NCBI GenBank assembly: GCA_027036675.1
Contig: JALWDW010000008.1
Coordinates: forward strand, 1 to 52,410
From: Candidatus Dojkabacteria bacterium
GTDB taxonomy: Bacteria > Patescibacteriota > Dojkabacteria > SC72 > JAHDCA01
Reading direction: 5' to 3'
DNA length: 52,410 bases
Under the pieces are notes generated by a model. The model was given only the letters and a program-made list of their open reading frames with translations. It was not told where the DNA came from and ran no database searches. This document shows, in pieces, positions 18,707-28,193 of this stretch (position 1 is its first letter; each line of letters opens with the position of its first letter). The translations under genes and the position numbers were made by a program.

Positions 18707-19654
18707 AAATCATATTTGCCGTCTTTCCTGTCATGCGCGCTTATCGTAACATATTTCTCTGGGGAAGGGAAGAGGGCGGGGGGGGCGACCCCGGGCTTTG
18801 GTAGCATCCTTCGGGCGATAGGATGCGTACTACAGGTTGGTGGCGGTCTAATAGTTTGTTGGGCTGATGGTGTACTTACGGGCTTTGTACGAAGCCTGTA
18901 GCTTTTATTTCACAATTATTGCATGACTCGGCGAAGCCGAGTCATGCAGCCGCGAGTGCACCACTTCGGTAGAAAACGCCCAGAAGTCGGGGGTGAAGTG
19001 CTGCCGAAGAAAATTCGGCTGGCCAAAATATGGCGAAGTCATGGGACGTAGCTGCGTAGTTGAACACGATATCCCATACCTACAGGATAATACGAGACTT
19101 CGTTGATCGTTGCTGTCATGGGATCAGTACGTTTAGTGACAGGATATTTAAGGTAATCCGAGAAAGACAATGACAGACCCGGTTTACATCGTATCTTGCG
19201 TGTGTCCGTATTACCTCATACACAGCCATATCATGATATGGCGATAGTATCCGTGTCATGGGATTTACATGTCCCATCAAAGATTTTATGACGAAATGAC
19301 GTGTGATACCGCCCTTTTTCTTGGACAACAGGTGACATGACGATGATTACGAGTGAATCATGAATTTTGCATAACTAGGGGTGTTGCCATGGTGTTTCTT
19401 CTCTAAGGGTGGGACCCATGGTAGGACCGGAATCCCGGCGTCCATGTACGGCGCGTGTCCAATATACCGATGTACCGGAGTCTGCGCATATACGGGTGAG
19501 TAATGTACCATCAGGACCTTGGCTTGTCGCTGACGCGAATACTCTCGATCGTTTCACGGGGATTTGCGATAGACAATCCTGATCGTAGAGTCGGAGGCTT
19601 CACTGGGTGGGTAAGCGCGACTCCTGGCTGATGACATTAATCACAGGGAATGCC

Positions 19655-20215
19655 TCATTTGGTGATAAGCCGTAAAACTGTTTGTCTGTAAACGTCTGGA
19701 TCAATATGCGTAGTATTGACCGACCGGGCGGTCGCGAGAAAATCATGGGCGGTGATCAGCATAGTGGCCAAAGATACGGGGTCGATATCCACGAGCTCAC
19801 CAGCCTCAATCCCATCTTGGATGATATTCGCAACAAAACGGATATAATTGTTCAGATACTCAGTGGCTACCAGAGCGCGTATACTCTGGTGCGAATCATA
19901 AATCATGGCATATATGGCGGAGAACTCTTGTATCCCATCTGTCGGTTCGACGATGAGCTTCTCCAATTGTGCCAATGGCGATACAATATTGGCGATCAAT
20001 ACCTTGCTTCTGTCCAGCCGGTCCGCGGCGACATATCTGACAACCGAAATCATCAAGTCGTTTTTACTTGCAAAATAGGTATAAAAAGACCCTTTGCCGA
20101 TCCCAAGGACAGAACATAAACTCCGAACGGACAGGCGTTCAAGACCGTTTTGCATTATTAATTCGGTCGCTGTGTTTAGGAGCCCTTCCCTTGTAATCCT
20201 CTTTTTTTTGATCAT
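19655..20215 (-). CDS. TetR/AcrR-family transcriptional regulator
   Basis: N-terminal HTH (TREGLLNTATELIMQNGLERLSVRSLCSVLGIGKGSFYTYFASKNDL). ATG 20215 preferred over GTG 20224. Confidence 0.85.
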   Translation of the reverse strand: MIKKKRITREGLLNTATELIMQNGLERLSVRSLCSVLGIGKGSFYTYFASKNDLMISVVRYVAADRLDRSKVLIANIVSPLAQLEKLIVEPTDGIQEFSAIYAMIYDSHQSIRALVATEYLNNYIRFVANIIQDGIEAGELVDIDPVSLATMLITAHDFLATARSVNTTHIDPDVYRQTVLRLITK

Positions 20216-20239
20216 TGTGTACACGAATTATATTCACGG

Positions 20240-20255
20240 TTGACCGTGCGGTCAA
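20240..20255. promoter_or_regulatory. perfect palindrome TTGACCG-TG-CGGTCAA, candidate TetR operator
   Basis: 16-bp inverted repeat 25 nt upstream of the TetR ATG, in the divergent intergenic region. Confidence 0.45.
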
Positions 20256-20429
20256 GTATTTGAAGTATCTACCTGATAGCAGTCCAAATTTATATTAAAA
20301 TTTAAAATTCGGTTGTTTGTGATTTTAGAGTGTAGGCCGTGTTAGGTATGGGGTGATCGATATTGAATCCACAAGGATAATGAGACCTGACCGCATGGGC
20401 AGACAACGAATGCGGATAGAATATGTTTC

Positions 20430-20458
20430 TTGAGGAATCGCATATATCGTGCTATAAA
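20430..20458 (+). promoter_or_regulatory. sigma70-like promoter TTGAGG-17-TATAAA
   Basis: TTGAGG at 20430-20435 and TATAAA at 20453-20458, 8 nt before ATG 20467. Confidence 0.35.
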
Positions 20459-20466
20459 AGGAAGCT

Positions 20467-21039
20467 ATGAAATTCGTTTATCACGGTTCGCCTATGGGTG
20501 GGCTGAAACTAATTAAACCCAGGATGAGTACGCATGGCAAGGCGTATATATACGCCTTGCCTGAGAAAGCTGAAGTTGTGATGTTCTTTGGTCGCAATTA
20601 CGACCTGATTTGCTCGCAAGGGTGGTACCTTGACGTCCCTTATTTGTGGGAAAGGTTTGAAGGAGCTTTGGAATATGCGTATGGTGGTCAAAAAGGTTCA
20701 GTTTACACATTGCCTGCCGATACGTTTCATCCACTGCATGACAGGTTTGCGACTGACAAAGAAATGGTCTCCGAGGTGGCTGTCAAACCTGTGTCTGAAG
20801 AAGTCATAGATGATGCTTTGGTTGCTTTGCGGAATATGGCGAAAGAAAAAGAATTGCTTATTTTCAATTACCCGAATCGCCCTGATTTCCTGCCAGACAG
20901 GGGAAAGGATGACCTTATCCAAAAGACGATAATGTTTACCAATGGCGATGCAGACCATCCGGTGGTGGCCGATGTGCGTCAATTTCATCCTGATATATTG
21001 GACAGGGTGTTGGATGGTATCCGTGCCAAGCAAGATTGA
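20467..21039 (+). CDS. hypothetical protein (possible Arr-like ADP-ribosyltransferase fold, speculative)
   Basis: 190-aa ORF between TetR and MFS genes. FVYHGS...AYIYALPE...GSVYTLPAD spacing resembles the H-Y-D pattern of rifampin ADP-ribosyltransferases. This comes from my recall of that family only. Confidence 0.6.
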   Translation: MKFVYHGSPMGGLKLIKPRMSTHGKAYIYALPEKAEVVMFFGRNYDLICSQGWYLDVPYLWERFEGALEYAYGGQKGSVYTLPADTFHPLHDRFATDKEMVSEVAVKPVSEEVIDDALVALRNMAKEKELLIFNYPNRPDFLPDRGKDDLIQKTIMFTNGDADHPVVADVRQFHPDILDRVLDGIRAKQD

Positions 21040-21078
21040 GACGTTGGATATTGCAGTCACAGAGTATATAATTGCGAC

Positions 21079-22281
21079 ATGAGTATTCCGACATTTGGTA
21101 ATCGCAATATTATTATCTTCTATATCTTGACGGTCCTCAAGAATGCATGGTTTATCACCGGCAACTGGATTTTCTTCTGGTCGTTGTACATGACTTATGG
21201 GCAAATGGGGATCCTTGACACGATAGGGTTTCTTTTTGGCATGCTGATGGAGATCCCGACCGGTGGGTTGGCGGATATTATTGGTAGGAAACGAACTTTG
21301 CTTGTATCGTTTTTGTTGTCGGGGATGGGTATATTTGTCATGACGTTTGGCCACGCGTACGCGCCTATGTTTGCCGGGTTTTTGATAGCTCAACTCGGGT
21401 GGGCGCTTTATTCCGGCAGTGCGGAAGCTATGGCTTTTGACAGTCTGGTTGAAATAGATGAAGACAGTCATTTTGACAGGGTTATTTCGTTTGGCACGGC
21501 TTTGGGGGTTGTCGCCACCAGCGCTACGATCTTGGTCGGTACTTGGCTGTACAAATTGAGTCCGCCGTTGCCACATATAGCATGGGGCATGGCCAGCATT
21601 GTTGCACTGCCATTTGTATTCGCAATCAAGGAGCCTGGTGTACGAAGGGACGCTACCTTGGGATTCTCGATGAGACAATATTTGCACCAAATGAGCTTGG
21701 GCGCGAAAAGGCTTATGTCGTCGAGCTTGGTGCCGTATATCGCATTTATATTTACTTTGTCCGGCGCGATGTATATGTTTACCGAGAGTCTTACACGGCC
21801 GGCCGTATCGCTGGAATTGGGATTCGGTCCGACGGCGCAGGGGGTTATATTTACAGTTGCCGGACTGGTGGCGGTGGCGACTTCTCTTAGTGTGCCGTAT
21901 TTGAGAAAGTTTATGAGTGATTTTGTTGGTTTATCTTTGCTCAGCATGACTATGGCTGCAGTCTGGTTGCTGTTGTCTGTGAAGATCGGCGTTTGGGGTG
22001 CCATACCTATCGTGTTGGTTACAGCGGTTGGCAGTATTGGGGTTCCGTGGATATCTATAGCCATCAACAATGAAACTCCGGCCTCGCAGAGGGCCACCAC
22101 GTTGTCTACGGTTTCTTTCGTCGCTTTTATCCCGACCGCTCTGGTGGGGGTATTGGTCGGTCATTTGGCGCAACACGGCCATGTACGATATTTTACGTTT
22201 GCCGTGGCTTGTGTGATCTTTTTGTTGACAGTGGTGAATATGCTTCGGTTTAATACCTCCAGCGTAATTTCCTGGCAGTAA
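21079..22281 (+). CDS. MFS transporter
   Basis: 400 aa, about 12 TM helices. GGLADIIGRKRT motif A-like loop. Confidence 0.8.
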   Translation: MSIPTFGNRNIIIFYILTVLKNAWFITGNWIFFWSLYMTYGQMGILDTIGFLFGMLMEIPTGGLADIIGRKRTLLVSFLLSGMGIFVMTFGHAYAPMFAGFLIAQLGWALYSGSAEAMAFDSLVEIDEDSHFDRVISFGTALGVVATSATILVGTWLYKLSPPLPHIAWGMASIVALPFVFAIKEPGVRRDATLGFSMRQYLHQMSLGAKRLMSSSLVPYIAFIFTLSGAMYMFTESLTRPAVSLELGFGPTAQGVIFTVAGLVAVATSLSVPYLRKFMSDFVGLSLLSMTMAAVWLLLSVKIGVWGAIPIVLVTAVGSIGVPWISIAINNETPASQRATTLSTVSFVAFIPTALVGVLVGHLAQHGHVRYFTFAVACVIFLLTVVNMLRFNTSSVISWQ

Positions 22282-22288
22282 AGCCGAT

Positions 22289-22820
22289 CGCGATCGCTAC
22301 AAGTCGGGGATGAACCCCGGGCTTAAACCCCAGACTTGACATGGAAACCTTATCACCATGGGAATAACCGGCAAGAAAATCTTGCGGTTAATATTATTTT
22401 AATCGGAATTTAATGACCAACTTACTGTGTCGTATAAGCGCTTGTGAGTACCCGTCGCTCTGGAGCGCACATCCTGGGATCTCTGCGTATTCCTTGCAGG
22501 CACGGTTTTTATCGATACTTTGTAGATATGGTAGATGGAACGATGTACCTAAACATACGTACGGAGCGGGTTGCTGTGTTGTCTGCCGTATCTTGAGAAA
22601 ATGTCCCCGAAAAAGCGCCTTTTCAGCGTCTAATGTGCAGTGAGAGCAGTGACCACACGGTATTTGTATATGTCGTATAGGTTCTGTTTTGCACATTAAA
22701 ACTGGGTGACACTTTGTTGACCAGCTGCATTACAACAGCGTTTTCGCCCAATCAGTGGGTATGAAGATCGGGTCCCAACCCCGACGTTGCATGCTCCTTG
22801 CAATCGGAAATAGGATTTAC
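22289..22820. repeat. element B: second copy of the ~530-bp ORF-free element
   Basis: Aligns to 11341-11872 at a constant offset of 10,948 with no indels. Begins right after the MFS stop codon. Confidence 0.7.
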
Positions 22821-22892
22821 GATGTTTTTGTGTAATATAACTTTTATGATATAGTTCGTGTCATCTAAGCTCATATTCACAAAATCGGAGAA

Positions 22893-23636
22893 ATGACGAA
22901 ACGCAAAATCCTGATAATTCAGCTACGTCCAGAGGATGAAATCGCAAACAGTGAATTCAATGCAATTTTGTCAAAATCTGGTTTATCGCGAGACGAAGTG
23001 CATCGCATCAGGGCAGAAGAAGAGCCGGTAGCAGATGTGGATCTGACAAAATACAGCGCCTTGATTGTCGGTGGAAGTCCGTTTGACGTAAGCACACCGC
23101 AAGATGAAAAATCCGATATGCAGGTAAGGGTTGAGGCTGACTTGGGTGTATTGTTGCGACGTGTTGTCGACATGGATTACCCGTATCTGGGAGTATGCTC
23201 CGGGACCGGGCAGATGGGGTATATATGTGGCGGGGTAGTGGACCGCAAATTCCCGGAAACTGTATCGGCTGTCGATGTCACACTTACCGAAGCCGGAATA
23301 TCTGACAAGTTACTGCAAGGGATACCTGCAAAGTTTCGCGCTTTGGTCGGCCACAAGGAAGCTTGCAGTGTCTTACCGGCGGGAGCTGTACTCTTGGCTT
23401 CATCAGAGAAATGTCCCGTACAGATGTTTAAAATAGAACAAAATGTTTACGCGACACAGTTTCATCCTGAAGCTGATGCTGATGAATTCGCTTTGCGAAT
23501 AGATATTTATCGACACAACGGATATTTCGACCCGGCTGATGCAGAGAGAATCAAGAAACAACTATATCAAGAGAAGTTGGAATACCCACACTTGGTACTC
23601 AAAAACTTCGTCTCACTATATGCGGATCGCGCGTAA
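22893..23636 (+). CDS. class I (type 1) glutamine amidotransferase-like protein
   Basis: YLGVCSGTGQMG (nucleophile elbow) and ATQFHPEAD (His/Glu motif). GGAG 4 nt upstream of the ATG. Confidence 0.75.
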   Translation: MTKRKILIIQLRPEDEIANSEFNAILSKSGLSRDEVHRIRAEEEPVADVDLTKYSALIVGGSPFDVSTPQDEKSDMQVRVEADLGVLLRRVVDMDYPYLGVCSGTGQMGYICGGVVDRKFPETVSAVDVTLTEAGISDKLLQGIPAKFRALVGHKEACSVLPAGAVLLASSEKCPVQMFKIEQNVYATQFHPEADADEFALRIDIYRHNGYFDPADAERIKKQLYQEKLEYPHLVLKNFVSLYADRA

Positions 23637-23643
23637 TGTAGGG

Positions 23644-24330
23644 TTATTTCACCTTTTTGTGGCACAACCACCAATCCACGCATTCGTGGTGCCCGCTTTG
23701 CGCATCTTTGAGTCTCTGTTGCGCTGTCTCGACATCAGTCGCCGGTGGCACGATCACATCGTCTTGAAACAATTCATTGTTTGGCCAGTTGGCTGGAGTC
23801 GCTACACCATGTTTGTCAGATGTCTGTAATGCCTTGACGACTCGAAGTAATTCCTCGACATTTCTACCGATTTCCGGCGGGTAGTAGACAATCGCTCTAT
23901 TGACACCGTGCGGATCTACAATGAAGACGGCGCGCACGGTATTGCTACCCTTGGCCGGGTGGATCAAGCCCAATCTACTCGCTACTTCACCTGTATCCGC
24001 GATGATTGGAAATTCGATCTCGGTATCCAGTTTCTCTTTGATCCATTCGATCCATTTGATGTGTGAAAATACCTGGTCCACACTTAATCCTATCAATTCA
24101 CATCCCAAGCTTTTGAAATCTTCGAAGTGTCTTTGGAAGGAAACAAACTCGGTGGTGCATACCGGAGTGAAATCTGCCGGATGGCTGAAAAGCAGAAACC
24201 ATTTACCTGAAAAGTCCCCCGGGATATTCACCTTACCGTGAGTCGTTTGTACGGTGATCTCGGGGAAAGAATCACCCAATAGAGGCATTTTATTATCCAT
24301 GCTGTCTTCCATGCTATTCAACGTGTACAA
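23644..24330 (-). CDS. 1-Cys-type peroxiredoxin (Prx6-like)
   Basis: LLGDSFPE..., [18 protein letters not shown] peroxidatic Cys motif. The true start may be the internal ATG at 24288 (MPLLGD). Confidence 0.85.
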   Translation of the reverse strand: MYTLNSMEDSMDNKMPLLGDSFPEITVQTTHGKVNIPGDFSGKWFLLFSHPADFTPVCTTEFVSFQRHFEDFKSLGCELIGLSVDQVFSHIKWIEWIKEKLDTEIEFPIIADTGEVASRLGLIHPAKGSNTVRAVFIVDPHGVNRAIVYYPPEIGRNVEELLRVVKALQTSDKHGVATPANWPNNELFQDDVIVPPATDVETAQQRLKDAQSGHHECVDWWLCHKKVK

Positions 24331-24358
24331 TTTTATCTAAGTTTGCTATCGGTACGAT

Positions 24359-24721
24359 TTACTTTGTCAACGTCTTTTTCACGTTCTTCCAATCTTTACG
24401 CATTTGGACGCCAAGCTTACGTGTGACGGCAGGATCGAGTGTCTTCTTCGCTTTCAACTCATTGATCACGTCTGTTATCAATTCTCTGTATTTGGTTTCG
24501 TCTACGACCTCACCTAAGCTTTTCAAGTTTGCGATTTTCTTATGTACTTCTTTGGTGGCTGTATTGTACGCAGACTCAAATTTATCTTTGATCTCAACAC
24601 CTTTGTTTTTTATATCTTCACGGGTTTCTTTCCCCGATTTGGGTGCGAAAAGTACCCCGGCCGTGACACCGGCCAATGCTCCTATCAACGCTCCTTTTAC
24701 AAAAGAAAAAGCTTTTTTCAT
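24359..24721 (-). CDS. YtxH-domain protein
   Basis: GALIGALAGVTAGVLFAPKSGKETREDIKNK N-terminus followed by a helical Lys/Glu-rich tail. Confidence 0.7.
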   Translation of the reverse strand: MKKAFSFVKGALIGALAGVTAGVLFAPKSGKETREDIKNKGVEIKDKFESAYNTATKEVHKKIANLKSLGEVVDETKYRELITDVINELKAKKTLDPAVTRKLGVQMRKDWKNVKKTLTK

Positions 24722-24807
24722 GATTTTAATGGATTTATTTTATATATGATCACCTCACACGTATATGTTAGTCTGAAATAATAAGGATGTCCAGAGTTAT
24801 CCCTGCC

Positions 24808-25389
24808 TTATAGTCGGAAACGGAAAACGAGTATGTATCCGATTAATCCAAAAAAGGCGACACCGCTGAATATTCCGAGTGTTTGCAGGAGTGACAAATG
24901 TGAATCACTATTGTCGTTTCTTGATATGCTGTCATTGGAGGTATCAAGGACAGTGCCATGATCTGTATTATCCTTTGCGCTTGCCTCCGGGTCCGCAGTG
25001 CGTGCTTCGTCGATATCGCTGTCACCATCGTGCAACGTATCAACCCCGGCCCGCGACAGTAAGAAATCTCTGATCTCCTTTTCGCCGGTCATACATTGTC
25101 CCTCATACACCATGAAAGGAACAGTACGCATCTGCGAGTCCGGGAAACAGTCCGCAAAATCGGACCTGTATTCGACGGGAAACGATGAAGAGTCTCTGTA
25201 CTCGATGTCGAGTTTTTCTTGTATATCGTATTTGTCCAACTCATTCAACAGGTTTTTGCAATGTTCGCACCCGGTGGAGTGGTACAAAATACGTCTTTGT
25301 CCGTCTTCGTTTGCATGTGTGGAAGGAATATGCATAAAGACGCTCAATGACAGTAAAATCGCTATTGATACCGCTATCTTCAAATTCAT
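24808..25389 (-). CDS. secreted glutaredoxin/thioredoxin-fold protein with C-terminal anchor
   Basis: Signal peptide, CEHC (CxxC) motif, VPFMVYEGQCMTG, acidic linker, C-terminal TM. Start moved to ATG 25389. Confidence 0.55.
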   Translation of the reverse strand: MNLKIAVSIAILLSLSVFMHIPSTHANEDGQRRILYHSTGCEHCKNLLNELDKYDIQEKLDIEYRDSSSFPVEYRSDFADCFPDSQMRTVPFMVYEGQCMTGEKEIRDFLLSRAGVDTLHDGDSDIDEARTADPEASAKDNTDHGTVLDTSNDSISRNDNSDSHLSLLQTLGIFSGVAFFGLIGYILVFRFRL

Positions 25390-25457
25390 GACAATATTAT
25401 ATATGAAAATAAACCATCTTGCATTCCTGATTATCCTGTTTCTCAATCCACTCAAGT

Positions 25458-26447
25458 TTATCCGGCAACAAAAATATCTTCTATCATCTTCTCCAACGGC
25501 ACCTTTTCAATATCGATATCGACAATATTATATTCGGATGTCATTGCGGTGATGACTCCGGCCATGTCGGTATTTGACACAGCCACAAGGTAGGCTTCAT
25601 CTTGACTTGTGATGATGGAGGCGTCGTACTGCTCCAGTATCGATGATATGTATTCCATCGGTGGCAACTCCCGGAATACAAAATTCACATATCTCTTATC
25701 CTTGTAAGTGTTTGAAAGATTGGACAAAGTATCATCGTAGACTTTCTTGCCTTTGTCGATCACGATGACTCTGTCACATACCGTTTCTACATCATCCATA
25801 TCGTGGCTTGTCAGAAGTAATGTAACATTGTATTTCGATTGTATATCGCGGAGGAACTTACGTATAAGGTGTTTGGAGGTAATATCCAGTCCGATGGTCG
25901 GTTCGTCTAGGAACAGCACTTTGGGAGAGTGTAAAAATGATGCTATCAATTCCTGCTTCATCCTTTCACCGAGGGACAATTTGCGAATGGGTATGTCCAT
26001 TAGGTCCTTTGTATGTAATAGCGTAGTCATTTCATTTACCTTTTTTTGAAAGACGACTGGGTCGATTTTGTAGATGCGTTGATACAATTCGTAACTTTGT
26101 CTTGTGGTCAAATCCCAATTCAACCCGGATTTATTCCCCATCACCAACCCAATTTGCGACAAAAACTCCCTCTTTTTGTCAAATGGCATAAATCCCAATA
26201 CGTTTACAGTACCGGCAGACGGGTAGATCAATCCGCTCAGCATCTTTGTGGTCGTAGTCTTGCCGGCTCCGTTCGGCCCCAAGAAAGCGACGGACTCACC
26301 TGTGAAGACGTCGAAACTCAGATCATCTACAGCTTTCGTAAGTACATAATCCGGTCTTAGTATGTCTTTGAAGAATCCATGTTTGCGTTTGGTTTTGAAA
26401 ACTTTCGTGAGATGGCTTACTTTGATCACAGGTTTGTTTTTCATCAT
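25458..26447 (-). CDS. ABC transporter ATP-binding protein
   Basis: Walker A GPNGAGKTTT, signature LSLGERMK, Walker B LFLDEPTIGLD. Confidence 0.85.
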   Translation of the reverse strand: MMKNKPVIKVSHLTKVFKTKRKHGFFKDILRPDYVLTKAVDDLSFDVFTGESVAFLGPNGAGKTTTTKMLSGLIYPSAGTVNVLGFMPFDKKREFLSQIGLVMGNKSGLNWDLTTRQSYELYQRIYKIDPVVFQKKVNEMTTLLHTKDLMDIPIRKLSLGERMKQELIASFLHSPKVLFLDEPTIGLDITSKHLIRKFLRDIQSKYNVTLLLTSHDMDDVETVCDRVIVIDKGKKVYDDTLSNLSNTYKDKRYVNFVFRELPPMEYISSILEQYDASIITSQDEAYLVAVSNTDMAGVITAMTSEYNIVDIDIEKVPLEKMIEDIFVAG

Positions 26448-26484
26448 GTTGTACTGTTTATTTAATAAATTAATATATGTCACA

Positions 26485-27321
26485 TCACGAACTTGCACTT
26501 GAGTATCGTCTCAACGCCGATGTCCAAGCTAAATGTCTAAGTAATATGGCTATGACGAAAGTTATGGACAATATTGAAATCAGATGCGCTGAATTACCTT
26601 TACCCAAAAAGATAGATGTGGCGACAGGTCCCGTCACCATGACGGGTAGGATGGTGATAAGAAAAAGTCTCATGTTCCGGTTCATGACATCGTAGGGGAT
26701 TTTGCCGGAGATGGCTTGATCTACGGCATACGCCAGACCGCTGGCCTGACGGCTTCGTCCTGTCCATGTCGCGCTGATAATTGCCAAGAAATGGAACGTT
26801 TGCAGGATAAACAACCCCATCACCAAGACGACTACCCCAGATAGAAGATTGCCAAAAGTAAAATGAATCAAATTAAAGTTGACAAAAAGGGAGTTGACAA
26901 TGACGGCCGGAAGTCCATCTCGCAACATGGTGAATAAGCTGATCCTGCGATGTACGATGAAGAACAGTGAAGGTATGGGTTTTGTGAGTATTGTATCCAG
27001 CCCGCCTTCGTTGATGTATTGATCGAGATCAAGCATATTGTAATACGTCAGCGAATTGAGAAAATAGGCAGCGTGACTGACCAACAAGAAGAAACGCATA
27101 TCGTTTTCCGAGTAGCTGCCGATAGTATGGAAATGCCGGTATAAAATATTGAATAATCCCAAACCTACCAAAGAGTAGGTGATAGTTGTTATGAGGTTTG
27201 TAATCCCATCCAATGGGTAAGCTGTATCGTTGAACCAGGCGTATTTGACGCCCAACCTGATCAACTCGAGACGAGTGCGCATACCGTTTATCAGATTATT
27301 TACGCTATATCGGATTTTCAT
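26485..27321 (-). CDS. ABC-2-type permease (uncharacterised ABC system, COG3694/COG4587-like)
   Basis: About 6 TM helices. Operon with the ATPase and a paralogous permease. Confidence 0.6.
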   Translation of the reverse strand: MKIRYSVNNLINGMRTRLELIRLGVKYAWFNDTAYPLDGITNLITTITYSLVGLGLFNILYRHFHTIGSYSENDMRFFLLVSHAAYFLNSLTYYNMLDLDQYINEGGLDTILTKPIPSLFFIVHRRISLFTMLRDGLPAVIVNSLFVNFNLIHFTFGNLLSGVVVLVMGLFILQTFHFLAIISATWTGRSRQASGLAYAVDQAISGKIPYDVMNRNMRLFLITILPVMVTGPVATSIFLGKGNSAHLISILSITFVIAILLRHLAWTSALRRYSSASS

Positions 27322-27337
27322 TGATCAGTCGGTTATT

Positions 27338-28102
27338 TTAGATTCCCACAGCCTCGTATCTTTTGAGACCCCTGGCCCACAATTTATAAAATACGATATT
27401 GAGTACGATCATCCATACCATTGCCACCGTATATTCTTTCATATGGAAGTCGGTCAGACCTTTGTACGGGCCGTATATCATCCATGGGAAGGGAGAGAAC
27501 GTTAATACTTTTTGCACGATTTTTGGGTAGTAAAAAAGCGGTACCAATTCTCCAGATAACAGGGTGATCGTTTTGAAAATAGATATGGACAATCCGCTCG
27601 CGCGAGCTGAGATAAATCCGAGTGACGCACTCATCGTATTAAGAGCGACTCCGTAACCTATCGCTACGATCAAAAATGCCACAAAGCCAAGAAGGTTGAT
27701 ACCACTTCCACTCAAGATCGTGATCCCGAGAGTGGTGAACAGCACAGCCGATAAGTATTGTACGAAGTTCCGGCCGATAGCGATGGCATGGAAATATCTG
27801 ATCGCGCCGATCGGTAGCCGTAGGATATTGGAGAATCTGCCAAGACGCATATAATGCCTGATCGTCCTGCCCACGTTTCTCGAATTGATCATGGTGAAAC
27901 GGCCGACCCCATCAGCGATCAGGAAGTAGCCGATCAAGCGAAGGAACTCGTCGGGCGAGGCGTTGTCCCCAAGTACTATATGCCAAAAGTACAGTACGAA
28001 GAATAGCTTAAATAAGCGTTTGGCGACCGAGAAAATCAATTCGGATGGATACGCAAGCTGCTCGAGGATATAAAATTTACATATGTCGAAGTATAGGAAC
28101 AT
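27338..28102 (-). CDS. ABC-2-type permease, second subunit
   Basis: Polytopic. Start moved to ATG 28102 (MFLYFDICKF) to avoid overlap with the divergent gene. Confidence 0.6.
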   Translation of the reverse strand: MFLYFDICKFYILEQLAYPSELIFSVAKRLFKLFFVLYFWHIVLGDNASPDEFLRLIGYFLIADGVGRFTMINSRNVGRTIRHYMRLGRFSNILRLPIGAIRYFHAIAIGRNFVQYLSAVLFTTLGITILSGSGINLLGFVAFLIVAIGYGVALNTMSASLGFISARASGLSISIFKTITLLSGELVPLFYYPKIVQKVLTFSPFPWMIYGPYKGLTDFHMKEYTVAMVWMIVLNIVFYKLWARGLKRYEAVGI

Positions 28103-28193
28103 GCTGTGATTATAGCAAATGGCTGAAGCCCAGCTTCCATATGCTATACTTCCGCATGAGATCGATGAACACTTAATCTCATCACAGACAGCT

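Noticed and set aside
19116-19328. 70-aa minus-strand ORF in the 18707-19654 block
   Set aside because: No motifs or ribosome-binding context. Its sequence is shaped by the repeated GTCATGGGA words. It is kept only as a remote possibility.
20698-21690. 330-aa minus-strand ORF, one of the longest in the track
   Set aside because: It is antisense to two well-supported genes (the 190-aa ORF and the MFS transporter). Its product is Arg/His/Gln/Pro-rich with no motifs, typical of a shadow ORF.
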